Below, piece by piece: positions 24,291 to 36,540 of a stretch of DNA of 64,000 bases (the stretch's first letter is position 1; the number at the start of each line of letters is the position of its first letter). Below the pieces are notes generated by a model, which did not search any database, was not told the origin of the DNA, and saw nothing but the letters and a program-made list of their open reading frames with translations. Source of the DNA: Cetorhinus maximus. Its lineage: Eukaryota. The translations under genes and the position numbers were made by a program. The stretch is taken from assembly GCF_964194155.1 (NCBI RefSeq), contig NC_135901.1, positions 25,110,001-25,174,000 of the forward strand, written 5' to 3'.

Positions 24291-24789
24291 TTCCTTTGGC
24301 CTCTCCAGGTTGGATGATTAGACAATCAGTTGAAGCCTTGTCCACAGACAAAGCACAGAGCCCAGAGTGAGACTGGGGTGGGGGGAGGTGTAAGAGTTGT
24401 GGGAGCTAGGGAGGGGCAGGGGACGGTTAAGAGTTGTGAGAATGCAGGGGGTTGAGTTGTTTGAGCTGGGGAGGGGGGTGTGAAGCAGTCATTTTTTCAA
24501 TGGTCTTTATGATGGAGGCAGTAATGGGGCCTCAGACCTCATTCTCTGGACATGTGAATAATCACAAGAAAAGACACACTCGTAATGGAGCCTCAAACCC
24601 GATGGCAGGACTGTCCCAGCTGTGTCTCTGCTGCTATTGCTGTCCCAGAGGACATGACAGCAACTCCTCAGCCCGCAACTTCACCAGGGATTATGACCCA
24701 CAGTTTGGGAACCCCTGCTGTAAGGTCTTGTCAACATTTTTTGTTTGAGTTTTCTGTCTGCAAATCCTCTCCCTCTCCTATCCTGCAAA

Positions 24790-25220
24790 AGGAAAAGTTG
24801 GACAGGCTAGGCTTGTATCTTCTGGAGTTTAGAAGAGTAAAAGGCTACTTGATGGAAACATATAAGATCCTGAGGGGTCTTGACAGGGTCGTTGTGGAGA
24901 GGATATTTCCTCTTGTTGGAGAATCTAGAACTAGGGGTCACAGTTTAAAAATAAGGGGTCGCCCATTGAAGACAGAGATGGAGAGATTATGAAGAGAAAA
25001 AGTGAGTCTTTTGGAATTCTCTTCCTCAAAAGGCAGTGGAAACAGAGTCTTTGAATATTTTGTTTAGGCATAGGTAGATTAATTCTTGGTAAACAAGAGA
25101 GTGAAAGGTGATTGGGGTAGGTGGGAAAGTGGAGATGAGGTTACAATCAGATCAGCCATGATCTTATTGAATGGTGGAGTAGGCTTGAAGTGGCCTCACT
25201 CCTGCTCCTAATTTGTATGT
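24790..25220 (+). mobile_element. CR1 3' fragment
   Basis: KLDRLGLYLLEFRRVKG.LMETYKILRGLDRV..FPLVGESRTRGHSLKIRG. Confidence 0.88.
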
Positions 25221-25221
25221 T

Positions 25222-25895
25222 TGTCCAACAACAAGTGTGAGGAGCTCATGGACCTTTGTCACTAAGATTGAGACAATCTGATCAGCTGCCTTTGCTGCTT
25301 CCCTCCCTTCCACTAACCCACCGGGCTGAACTGCCTCTAATTTTCATCCTTGCCCGAGACCTGAACTCACGTCTTTCTTTAGTTTCTCTCCCATCTCCCC
25401 TCCTGCCCTCTCAGGGCTCATCTTCTCCATGAATCCCACCTTCTGCTCCATCGACCCTATTCCCACTAAACTGCTGACCAGCCAACTTCCCCATGTTCAC
25501 TGACTTTATTAATGGTTCTCTCTCTCAGGTACTGTCCCTCTCTCCTTCAAATTTGCCATCATCAGCCCCTCCTCAAAAAACAAACCCTTGACTCCCCCAT
25601 CCTTTCACTGACTCACCTGCAGTCTCTCTTTCCTCTCCAATGTCCTTGAACCAAAGTCCCAAATCCATGCCCACCTTTCTTGGACATGCATGTCTGAATC
25701 CCTCCAATCAAGTTTCTGCCCCTGTCACAGTGCTGAAACAGTTCTTATCAAAGTCACAAATTACATCCTATGTGACTGTGAGAAAGATAAACTTTCCCTT
25801 CTTGACTTGTCTGCAGTCTTTGACAAGGTTGACCACATCATTCTGCTCCATCACCTCTCCACTGTTGTGCAGCTGGGAGGGGCTGCTCTCTCCTG
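25222..25895 (+). mobile_element. L2 LINE RT fragment
   Basis: CSIDPIPTKLL; ESLQSSFCPCHSAETVLIKVTN..LLDLSAVFDKVDHIILL. Confidence 0.85.
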
Positions 25896-26105
25896 ACTCA
25901 GGCTATGGGTCAATCCCACTCCTTCACTCGAATTCTACCAGATAATGCAGCTCACAACCAGAAATCATCTTTAATGACTTTATTAGTAATTTTCAATGTT
26001 TGGAAAGAATCATATTTTCCAATTGTGTCCAGTGGTTAGTTCAGTCAGAGCTTCCTTCTTCCCAGGTCTGTTCCAACAAGCTGTGTTTATTTGAGTCACA
26101 TTTCT

Positions 26106-26286
26106 ACAGACTCACTCACTCGGTAAGTGATCAGATCTCACTGAACTATGACACAAGCTGTGTCTATCTGAGTTATATTTACACAGACTCATTCACTCAA
26201 TAAGTGATCAGATCTCACTGAACTATGACACAAGCTGTGTCTATCTGAGTTACATTGATACAGACTCACTCACTCGGTAAGTGATA
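26106..26286. repeat. 77-bp tandem repeat, about 2.4 copies
   Basis: ACAGACTCACTCACTCGGTAAGTGATCAGATCTCACTGAACTATGACACAAGCTG... starting at 26106, 26183 and 26260. Confidence 0.85.
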
Positions 26287-26303
26287 GTGTCTGACTGAGA
26301 TGC

Positions 26304-26548
26304 AACAACAACTTATATTTATATTGAGCTTTTAACATAATAAAATGTCCCAAGGAGTTTCACAGGAGCATAAGGACATATTAGGTCAGATGACCAAAGC
26401 TTGGTCAAAGAGCTCGGTTATAAGGAGTGTCTTAAAGGAGGAAAGTGAAGTAGAAAGGTGGACAGGTTTAGGGAGGAAATTCCAAAGCTTAGGGTCCAGG
26501 CAGCTGAAGGCGCGGCCACCAATGGTGGAGAGATTAAAATCGGGGATG
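26304..26548 (-). mobile_element. L2 LINE 3' end
   Basis: ORF 26386..26679 STIGGRAFSCLDPKLWNFLP..SSFKTLL. Confidence 0.85.
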
Positions 26549-27199
26549 AGGGACATCGGGTAATGGTGCTCCATGTATGTGGGCCTTATAGCCCAGGCCT
26601 CAAGGCCCAAATCTGAACTTTGCAACATCGTTTGACCATCCCTAGTCTCAGACAAAAGCAATTCCTCGTATGATACCATAAGAAGTTAGGACCAGTTGAG
26701 TCCTCCTGTGTACTCAATAGGGATTGACTTTAACAGATTTAAAATCCTCTGGATTTCAGTGTTACAACAGCAACATTTTAATAAAAGGAAAACATATCTA
26801 TAAATCCTGGAAAACTAAAAGAACAAAAATGGGGAAATACACAGCAGCTCAATCATTTCAAAGTGATAAATGAATGGTCACTGTTTCAGGGGGACTCCTT
26901 CAGAATGAACACTTCCCAACAGCAGCACCAACCCCCACTCTCCCTTCCCCTCCCTGTTCACTGAACACTCCTTCACCCACTCATTCACCCATTGCACATC
27001 CACCCAATGGCTCCCAGCCCGGACTGACATTCAGCACGAACCCAGTGAGAGGGTGAGCTGGCCCTCGGGATGTCAGAATGAACAGGAGCTGGAAGTGGTT
27101 CCAATCAATACATTGTCTGTGTCATTATTTAAAAAGGAAATTAATATTTTATCAAACACCCCTGTGCACCCCCTCAGTGAATTACAATTTCCAGCCCAG

Positions 27200-27710
27200 A
27201 CCCTTCCTATTGTTTCTACGTGGTGAATCCTGTGTGGTTTCAGCAGAGGGAGAGACAGGCTGCTCATATCCCTACTCTCACTGCCGAGAGGCTTGTGGTC
27301 TCCACCCTCAGGGTTTCAGAGCCCCTCAGGTTCCTGGCAAAGACTGGTCCACCTGTATCTGTGCAGGGGCAGATTCAGCTGGTGGGAGAGGGGACAGCAT
27401 GTTGGGTATTGCCTGGGGGTTTGGGAGTAATGGGTGAGAACTGGGAACACTTTGATCAGTGTTCCCACTTCCATGTCTCCTTTGTCCATCGTCCCTCTCC
27501 TGGACCAGAGTCACATCATTCCTCCCACTCTGCTGCAGACCAGTTTGGTGGAGATCAGTGACATGTTGTAAGGTCACAGATACAGTGTCTGTCATCCTGT
27601 TTAAGGCAGCAAACATCTCCTGCACGGCCGTGGTCATGACCTGCATGGACCCATTTCAGAGCCGTACTTGAAGTTCCATGGAGGCAAACACTCTCTCCAT
27701 GACAGGCAGT
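27200..27710 (-). mobile_element. Probable Harbinger accessory-ORF fragment
   Basis: 27471-27543 is nearly identical to 44984-45054, which adjoins a Harbinger transposase; helical ORF 27326..27646. The assignment is inferred from linkage. Confidence 0.45.
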
Positions 27711-27711
27711 C

Positions 27712-28318
27712 TCTGGAACCTCCTCCAGCCCTACGATCCTTCAAGCTCCCTGCGCCCCTCCAATTCTGACCCATTCCCCACACTCCCACCTACTTCAATC
27801 CACCATTGGTGGCTGTGCTTTCAGCTGCCAAGGCCCAGAGCTCTGGATTTCGCTCCCTAAACCTCTCGCCTCTTTAAAATCTATCTCTTTGACCAAGTTT
27901 TTGATCACCTGATCATGCGGAGATGGTGGCGTGGTGGTTAATTCACTGGACTAGTAATCCAGAGACCCAAGCAAATGATCTGGGGTCCCAGGTTCAAATC
28001 CCACCATGGCAGATGGTGGAATAAATCTGGAATTGAAAAGCTAGTGACCATGAATCTATCATCGATTGTTGTCCTTTAGGGAAGGTGATCTACCTCCTTA
28101 CCTGGTCTGGCCTACCTGTCATTTCAGACCCACAGCAATGTGGTTGACTCTTAACTGTCCTCTGAAATGCAAGCTACTATGTTCAAGGGCAATCAGGGAT
28201 GCACAATAAATGCTGGCCCTGCCAGCGATACCCACATCATATGAAGGAATAATAAAAAATCTGAAGCATCTTGGGACATTGTTAAAGGGTCTATATAAAT
28301 GCAACATGATGTTGTTAT
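27712..28318 (+). mobile_element. L2 3' end interrupted by a SINE
   Basis: CCACCATTGGTGGCTGTGCTTTCAGCTGCC..CTCTTTGACCAAG before the SINE; CTTGGGACATT..CTATATAAATGCAA after it. Confidence 0.75.
27917..28259 (+). mobile_element. Full-length tRNA-derived SINE sharing both ends with the LINE at 49766-53002
   Basis: A box TGGCGTGGTGG (27927-37), B box GGTTCAAATCC (27991-28001), core CCTTACCTGGTCTGGCCTAC..CCACAGCAATGTGGTTGACTCTTAACTG, tail CAAGGGCAATCAGGGATG..AATAAATGCTGGCC. Confidence 0.88.
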
Positions 28319-28600
28319 TACCCTTCATTGGTAAACTCAGGAATGTCATACCAACATTTATTTACCAAATTTTCAGGCTGGAAACTTAAACCTGCCATTT
28401 CACTTTCAGGAACAAATCACAGTTTTACACCAATCCCACATTTCCAGCATTCACCGTTGCTCTTCCTGACTCTAAACCCAGTCATAAAGGAGCCTCCTAA
28501 GCTTTGAACCATGGGACACACATTTCTTAAACATCAGTATAACTCACATGTTCAGTCCTGGATGTGAGTAACAGCAGCAATAAGACTCCAACTCCTGCAG

Positions 28601-29272
28601 TCACTTGTGAATTTGCTGGTGTCTCACAAGGTCGGATAGCTGAATGAATCCCTTCTCACATTCAGAGCAGGTGAATGGCTTCTCCCCAGTGTGAACTCGC
28701 TGGTGTCTCAGCAGGTGGGATGACTGAGCAAAGCTGTTCCTACACACGGAGCAGGTGAACGGCCTCTCCCCAGTGTGAATTCGCTTGTGTACCAGAAGGT
28801 CGGATGGCTGGGCAAATCCCTTTCCACACACGGAGCAAGTGAACGGTCTCTCCCCAGTGTGAACTCGCTCATGTCTCAGAAGGTGGGATGACTGAGTGAA
28901 TCCCTTCCCACATATGTAGCAGGTGAACAGCCTCTCTCCAGTGTGAACTTGCTGGTGTGTCAGAAGGTGTGATGACCGAATGAATCTCTTTCCACACTCA
29001 GAGCAGAGGAATGGCCTCTCCCCAGTGTGAACAAGCTGGTGTGCTACCAGATTCTTCTTGTTTTTAAAGCTCTTCTCACAGTCAGAACATTTAAAAGGTC
29101 TTTTATCACTGTGTACACGTTGGTGGTCAGTGAGGTGGGATGACTGAGTGAAGCTCTTCCCACACACAGTGCAGGTGAATGGTCTCTCTGTAGTGTGACT
29201 GCGTCGATGAGTTTCCAGCTTTGGGTAATTCAATCCCTTCCCACAGTCCCCACATTCCCATAGTTTCTCCAT
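28601..29272 (-). CDS. C2H2 zinc-finger protein, 223 aa, 8 fingers (first with a 2-aa deletion), no KRAB
   Basis: Uninterrupted ORF with TGERPF linkers; Kozak-like ACCATGG; acceptor CTTTTACAG at 29639. Confidence 0.85.
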   Translation of the reverse strand: MEKLWECGDCGKGLNYPKLETHRRSHTTERPFTCTVCGKSFTQSSHLTDHQRVHSDKRPFKCSDCEKSFKNKKNLVAHQLVHTGERPFLCSECGKRFIRSSHLLTHQQVHTGERLFTCYICGKGFTQSSHLLRHERVHTGERPFTCSVCGKGFAQPSDLLVHKRIHTGERPFTCSVCRNSFAQSSHLLRHQRVHTGEKPFTCSECEKGFIQLSDLVRHQQIHK

Positions 29273-30067
29273 GGTGCCAGAGTCCTTGTGTTTCTCCAGG
29301 TTGGACGATCAGTTGAAGATCAGTCCACACACAGAACATGTGTACGGTTTCTCCCCACTGTGAACGGGGTGATTTTTTTTCAGACTGTGTGACTGCTTAA
29401 AGATCTTCCCACAGTAAGTTCAGTGGAACACTCTCACACGGGTGTGTGTCTGTCTCGGTGCTTTTCCAGTCACACTGATGTTTGAAATCTTTTCCCACAA
29501 ACAGAACAGACAAACATTTCTCTTTCCACATTCGAAAGCTGATGATATTCAGGTCCTGATAAATTGAGCGAGTATCAGATGTTGACGTGACGTGTTTGGT
29601 TTGACTTTCCTGTCTGGAACTCCTCTCCTTCTAATACTCTGTAAAAGGAGTTGACAAAGTTCATCTCTGTAAGTGCAGGACAGAAATTCACAACAATCAA
29701 TTCCAGTTTCTATGGAACATTTTTTCCTCTCTTGTTCCCCCAAAGCTGTAAATCTCCATCCCACACACTCTCCCTGTGCTCAAATCCAAACCCATTGCAT
29801 CACCTCCATCAATTCCTTACTCCACTCCCAGTTTTCTCCCTCCCTTACTCTGGTTGTGTTCAGTTCTTCAGCTCCTGTGGGCAGAATGAGGATAAAATCA
29901 ATGAGTCAATGATTTGCTCTCCTGGTCACTGGGACCCTGAAGCCCTGTCCACTCTCTGTTCTTGCCCCACAAATTACCAGCTTCATTCAGCTGAATTTTA
30001 CAGCCTCCCTTTGTATATTTGTGAATTATCTCTCACTCCCTTTTCTTGCTTTAAACTCATTTCACAG

Positions 30068-30525
30068 CCGATTAGAAAGGGATGATTTGCAGGTGGGAAA
30101 CTCAAACCAAACATCACATAAAAATCTGATAGAGTCCCTCGAGTCCTCAGGACCTGAATATCATCAGACTTCAAACATGGACCGCAGGAGGGGATTCAGT
30201 AACAATCTGAGCTGGAAACCCATCAATGTAGTCACACAGGAGAGAGGCCATTCATCTGCTCTATGTGGGAAAGGATTCACTCGGTCATCCAATCTCTGTA
30301 CACACCAATGCGTGTGTACTGGGGAGAGGCCGTTGACCTGTTCTGTGTGTGGGAAGGGATTCACTCGTCATCCCATCTGCTGACAAGCCAGTGTGTGTGT
30401 ACTGGGGAGAGGCCATTGGCCTGCTCCATGTGCAGGAAGGGATTTAAACAATCAGCCAACCTGCTGCCAGTAACCAGTGAGTTGATTCTGCTGTTATTGC
30501 TGCTGTTAATCACATCCAGGACTGA
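30068..30525 (+). pseudogene. Short decayed ZNF (about 4 fingers)
   Basis: Acceptor TTTCACAG and conserved leader GGAAACTCAAACCAAACATCAC; frameshifted [11 protein letters not shown]; 3' module DSAVIAAVNHIQD*. Confidence 0.8.
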
Positions 30526-30856
30526 ACCATGTTCATTCTGACAGCTGGGGCTTCATTCTGCTGATTTTACTCATCCTTACAGCCGGGCAGGTGTTTATAT
30601 TCTGGCAGCTTCCCAGTGGCCAGAGAGGAATTAAAAATTTGGGTCAGAGCCCCTGTGATCTCCTCCCTTGCCTCCCTCAGCAGTCTGGGACACAAATCAT
30701 CCAGACCTGGAGATTTGTCCACTTATAAGCCTGCCAACATCTCCAATACTTTGTCACTTCCTATATCTATTTGCTCAAGAACCTCACAGTCTCTCTCCCC
30801 AAGTTCGATACCTTCATCCTCACTCTCTTGGGTGAAGACGGATGTGAAAATCTTTT

Positions 30857-31003
30857 CACCTGACATCTTTTCCCACAGACAGAACAGATAAACTTGTTTC
30901 TTTGCACATTCAAAGGTCGATGATATTCAGGTCCAGTTGAATTGATTGAACTTTGATGCAATGCTTCGCGTTTGCTGTGTGTAAATCCTCCCCTTCTGAT
31001 CCG
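30857..31003 (-). pseudogene. 5' stub of a ZNF coding exon, truncated by a CR1 fragment (30610-30850)
   Basis: CCTTTTACAG acceptor; GPEYHRPLNV..FICSVCGKR. Confidence 0.65.
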
Positions 31004-31029
31004 CTGTAAAAGGAACATTCTCTCCTGTT

Positions 31030-31420
31030 GACAGGGACAGGGATGACTGCGCATGCGCCCTACTGCACATTGCCCCCGATAAAGATGGCGACGCCACATG
31101 TGCCCTGCAGCAACGCTGCCTCCGTTAAAGATGGCGGCCCGAAAGCCCGGCCTGATGCCGAGAGAACTCTTGGTGCAAATACGGGAACAGTAGTTTCTTA
31201 CCCGGACTTCAAGGTCTGCGCCAGGTGTTTATGAAGTATCCCCGCCCATCAACCCACCCGCAGAGCGCTCCATTCTTCTCCTGCACTCGGCTGTTTCCTC
31301 TCACCCGTTGCGAATGCAACATGACCGCCTGGCACCTCCGTCGAACTCCTGCACCCGCACTGCGCATGCTCGGCACACAGCCCGGTACTGCGCCTGCGCA
31401 GATGTGCCTGCAGTGAAGAC
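31030..31420 (-). promoter_or_regulatory. CpG-rich ZNF promoter module
   Basis: TGCGCATGCGC, two AAGATGGCG (YY1-like), TGCGCATGCTC, TGCGCCTGCGCA; candidate donor CGG|GTGAG at about 31285; homologous to 62540-63070. Confidence 0.65.
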
Positions 31421-31877
31421 AGGGCACAGTCTGTCCCGCGGAGAATGCTGGGTAATATCTCTGCCATCGGATCACCCCCTTTTTGAGGAAAGCTCAGTTC
31501 CAGAGGGCCAAGATGTAACATTAATAATCAAGTCATACACATTTGATGTTTGTGGCTATGTTTCGAATTTGGTGCTCAAAACATTGCTAAAAGTAAAAAG
31601 AATACACCTGTTTTGCCAACATATATCAGTTCCTCTGATAAATGGTCTGGTACATTGAGCAGCACCAGAACCATTGCAAAACAGCAGATCATCTGGCTCA
31701 GTGTTTGCCGTGCCTTTGTAAACCTGCTGGTAATATAACCTGAATGATAATTGTGTATTTCATATATGTTACATCACAACATTTAGTCAATTTCCTTGCA
31801 GCCGATTGTTTTGTCAGAAAATATATTCCAGCAACCTTAATAACCAGTTCCAAAGAAGAATCACATGGACTTGAAAC

Positions 31878-32778
31878 TGTTATGAACAATGTATAAGTTA
31901 AAGTTGAATATATATGTGTACACATATGTATATACACAAATGGATTTAGTTTCACTTAGGTTGCTGTCAGCCTTGTGTCTGGGAGTCTGAACGGTCAGGT
32001 CTTTTGGGTTTGTTTGTATATGTAAATTTTGAATGAGATGTTACAAGCCCTGAGGTGAAAGAGATGGGTCAAATGGGGTTAAAAGTTTTGTGAGTCAGGG
32101 CCAAAAATACAAAGTAGAGAAAAAAAAAACTTTCCTGTTGCCTTGCAACAGTGATCCAGGGACAGACACAAAGAAAGACAGGAGTTGGGAGGAAGATAGT
32201 TCCGTGCATGTCAGAGAGAAGGGACAGGAATTTTAAGTTCTATGATAAGAAAACTTTTAAGGCCATTAGCACCAGTAGTTGACTGAATAGTCAGTTATAG
32301 AATTCAGAAAAGTGATCAGTTTAGCTGAGGTGCTAATGGGAGACTTTAAGAGTTTAAGGTGTCTTGGGGAGAGATACAAGTTCAGTGAAAAACATTGAGT
32401 GAATGCTCAGGAATTTATCAGAAGAAAACAATTTACAACTGTGCCACTCCCAAGCGAGAAGCCTTCATGTCAAGCTAGTGGTGACTCTTTACTGGTTTAT
32501 GTGTCAGTAAAGATATTGCTGGAGTAAAGGAATAGTGTAACTTTGAAGCATTTTCTTGTGTTTGTATTGAGATCTTTCCAACCTTTTTTTCTGGCATGAT
32601 ATAGTTCATTTTTCTTGTTTAATAAATATTTTATCCTTTGTGTTAAAAGTTAATCAGCAGTCGTGTGAATTTGTTCAGCAACTTGCCTCCATGGTTTCTG
32701 AAAAATAAGTCAGGATCAAGCCAGCTTTCACCCTGGGAGCTGACTTGTCCAGTACTAACATCAGCTGGGGTCATAACA
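31878..32778 (+). mobile_element. Solo LTR (901 bp) inserted into a Penelope hammerhead repeat
   Basis: TGTTATGA...TCATAACA termini, 4-bp TSD AAAC (31874-77, 32779-82), AATAAA near the 3' end; host repeat at 31843-31877 resumes at 32779-32855. Confidence 0.88.
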
Positions 32779-32999
32779 AAACATAAACTGTTTCTGTCGC
32801 TCCACAGATGCTGCCAGACCTGCTGAGCTTTTCCAGCACTTTCCATCTTTATTTTTAATAACTAATGTTTCTTTTATCAAGGGGTTTTCTTGCAAAGTGA
32901 ACTTTGTCAATGCTACATGAAAAATGGAGCGGTCTGAGATAATAGAGATAAGAAATAGATAAATAATGGATGGTCAGTACTGAAGGTGAGTAAGTCATC

Positions 33000-35850
33000 C
33001 TGTGCAGATGGAATGCATTCCTGGTTACTGAGGGAAGGAAGGGTAAATACTGGGGAGGCAATTAGTCACAAGTTTCCGAAACACCTTCTATATCTGGGTG
33101 AATATAGAGGACTGGAAGACTCTAAATATTACACCCTTGCTCAAAAAGGGCAGATGGATAAACCTGGTAATTAATGCTGGTCAGTTTAACGCTGGTGATG
33201 GAGAAGCTTTTAGAAACAAAAATCCAGGAAAACATTAACACCTACATTACCAAGTATAGACTGAAAAAGGAGAGCCAGCATGGAATTATTAAGGGCAAAT
33301 CATTTTTAACTAACTGGACTGACTTTTTTTGTTTGTGGGTTAACAGTGGGATGAGGAAAGTGCAGTAGATGTTGTGTATTGGGACTTTCAAAATGCAATT
33401 GGTAAAACTGGAGGTCATGGGATAAAGGCAGAAAAGGGTCAGCAGCAGTGAGATACAAAGTTGTATCAGGGTTACAAATGAGAGAGTTGTGGTGAATGAC
33501 TGTTCTTCTTACTGCAGGGAGGTATAAAGTGGCTGTCCACAAGGTTCAGTACTGCTGCTTTTTATGTACATTAAGGCTTGTGATTGGGGGTACAGGGCAC
33601 AATTTTGAAATTTTCAGCTGACAAAACTTGAAAGTGTAGATAAATCAGTGAAGAAAATAAGATTAGATTTTAATAGGACACAGACACAGCTGGGGGAATG
33701 GACAGACTCATGACGGATGACATTCAATGCAGCTAAGTGTGAGGTGATACATTTTGTCAGGAAGAATGAGAAGGCACAATACATACCCACTTCAGGCGAG
33801 ACAGGGGAGACAGGGAAGGAAGTAAAAGAGGAGGGGTTTTGGAAATCAGGCAGAAGGACTTGATATGCTTAAAGAAATTAGCATAGAAAGGGAGGAGGTT
33901 CTATGTGGTCTGACAGGCTTAAAAGTAGATAAATCTCCAGGCCCGGACAAAAGGTATCCCAGGCTGATGAGTGAGGCAAGGTAGGAGATAGCAGGGGCTC
34001 TGGCAATAATTTTCAATACCTCTCTGGCCACAGGAGAGATGCCAGAGGACTGGAAGACAGCCAATGTGTTACCGTTATTCAAGAAGGGAGGAAGGGATAA
34101 ACCAGAGAACTACAGGCCAGTCAGTATAACCTCAGTGCTGGGGAAACTATTGGAAGCAATTCTGAGGGACAGAATTAATCCACACTTGGAGAGGCAGGGA
34201 TTAATCAAGGACAGTCAGCATGGTTTTGTTAAGGGGAGGTCATGTCTGACCAATTTGATCGAATTTTTTGAAGAGGTGACTAGGTGTGTAGATGAGGGCA
34301 ATGCATTTGACGTAGTCAACTTGGACTTCAGCAAGGCAATTGATCAGGTTCCACATGGGAGACTGATAATAAAGGTAAGAGCTCATGGGATCCAAGGCAA
34401 TTTGGCAAATTGGATCCAGAATTGGCTAAGTGGCAGGAAGCAGAGGATGATAGTCGAGGAGTGTTTTTGTGCCTGGATACCAGTGCCAAGTGGAGTTCCA
34501 CAGGGATTGATGTTGGGTCCGTTGCTGCTTGTGGTATATATAAATGATTTAGACTCGAATGTAGGAGGGTTGATCAGTAAGTTCGTGGATGACACGAAAA
34601 TTGGTGGGGTGGTAAATAGTGAGGAGGATAGCCTTAGATTACAGGAGGATATAGACGGGCTGATCAGTGGCAAATGGAATTTAATCCAGATAAGTGTGAG
34701 GTGATGCACTTGGGCAGGACAAACAAGGCATGGGAATACACGGTGAAAGGTAGGATCCTGGGAAGTACTGAGGATCAGAGGGACCTTGGTGTGCATGTCC
34801 ACCAGTCCCTTTAGGTAGCAGGACAGGTAGATAAGTTGGTTAAGAAGGCATATGGGCTACTTGCCTTTATTAACCGAGGCATAGAATATAAGAGCAGGGA
34901 GGTTATGCTGGAACTAGGCCACAGCTAGAGTATTGCGTGCAGTTCTGGAATCCACATTATAGGAAGGATTTGATTGCATTAGAGAGAGTGCAAAGGAGAT
35001 TTACCAGGATGTTGCCTGGGCTGGAGAGTTTTAGTTATGAGGAGAGATTGGATAGACTGGGGTTATTTTCCCTGGAGCAGAGTAGATTGAAGGGGGACAT
35101 GATTGAGGTGTATAAAATTATGAGGGGCATAGTTAGGGTAGACAAGAAGGAACTTTTCCCCTTGGTGAAGGGATCAATAACCATGGGGCATAGATTTAAG
35201 GTAAGGGGCAGGAGGTTTGGAGGGAAAGTGAGGAAGAATTTTTTCACCCAGAGGGTGATGGGAATCTGGAACTCACTGCCTGAAAGGGTAGTAAAGGCAG
35301 AAACCCTCATAACATTTAAGAAATATTTGGATGTGCACTTGTGATGCCATGGCATACAAGGCTATGGGCCTAGTGCTGGGAAATGGGATGAGAATAGTTA
35401 GGTGCTTGTTTGACCGGCGCAGACTCGATGGGCCAAAGGACCTTTTTCTGTGCTGTAGACCTCTATGACTCTATGACATAAGAAATAGGATAATTTTAAG
35501 GGGGTGTTTATGCAGAAATATTTGAAGATGGCAGGACAGGTTAAGAAAGCAGCTAATAAAGCGTATGCAATTCTCAGCTTTATATATGGAGACATTGAGA
35601 AGAAAAGCCAGGAAATTATGCTGAACCGATGTAATTCACTAGTTCAGTACCAGCTGCATTATTGTGTCCTATTCGGAGTGCCACACTTTAGAGAAGATGT
35701 GAAGGCTTTGGAGAGGGTATGAAAGAGACTTACTCAAATGATTGCAGGTTGATGGATCACCACTGGTCTACGGACAGTCTGGAGAAGCTGGTTATGTTCT
35801 CCTCGGAACAAAGATGTCTAAGAAGAGGTTTGAGAGGGGTCTCTTGGACA
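33000..35850 (+). mobile_element. Nested CR1 LINEs: old copy (33000-33780, 35500-35850) and younger copy (33850-35475)
   Basis: ORF 34039..34704 PEDWKTANV..NYRPVS..PQG..LGP..KFVDDTK; ORF 34937..35344; tail CTCTATGACTCTATGA. Confidence 0.92.
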
Positions 35851-36075
35851 AGATGAGCTTAGACAGTGTATTATGGGAGCTGGGAGAGAAACTGGAGAAA
35901 GATGAGAGTTCAGGGCTCAGAGAAGGAGAAACTTTAGAGATAGTTTGGTTCAGTGGGATGGTGGAAGGGAGGGTCATGGCAGGGTCAACCGATTGGGTAG
36001 TCTCAATCTTAGTGATAAAGAAGTTCATGAGCTCCTTGCACTTGTTGCTGAAGGTGAGGATGGAGGAGGCAGAGG
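35845..36075 (-). mobile_element. L2 fragment in a ZNF 3' flank
   Basis: ORF 35792..36088 SNKCKELMNFFITKIET. Confidence 0.75.
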
Positions 36076-36245
36076 AGAGGGAGAGCACTTCAAAAGGAGC
36101 TAACTTGTGTTAGACATATTAAAAAGATTTGCCACAATGTGTTTGACATAAAGCTAATTTATCCAGATATTTATCCAGAATATTAACACCCATAACTGGG
36201 CTGGAGTTTGTTAATATCAGCAGAAAAAGGACTCCACTGAATATG

Positions 36246-36540
36246 ATAAAAACAAAAAGCTAAAAGCTACTGCGGATGCTGGAAATCCAAAACAAAATAA
36301 AAACAGAATTACCTGGAAAAACTCAGCAAGTCTGGCAGCATCGGCGGAGAAGAAATCAGTCAACGTTTCGAGCCCTCATGGCCCTTCAGCAGAACTGAAG
36401 CATAGTTTCAACATTTCTCCCTTGTTGAAACTATGCTTCAGTTCTGCTGAAGGGCCATGAGGGCTCGAAACGTTGACTGATTTCTTCTCCGCCGATGCTG
36501 CCAGACTTGCTGAGTTTTTCCAGGTAATTCTGTTTTTATT
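36246..36540. mobile_element. Penelope-derived insertion forming a perfect 118-bp inverted repeat
   Basis: Arms 36296-36413 and 36423-36540, 9-nt spacer; 14-bp TSD CTCCACTGAATATG (36232-45, 36541-54). Confidence 0.92.

Noticed and set aside
27917-28010. tRNA gene (also 4600-4683 and 1-46)
   Set aside because: A and B boxes are present, but no clean cloverleaf is evident and the sequence continues into a SINE or LINE body.
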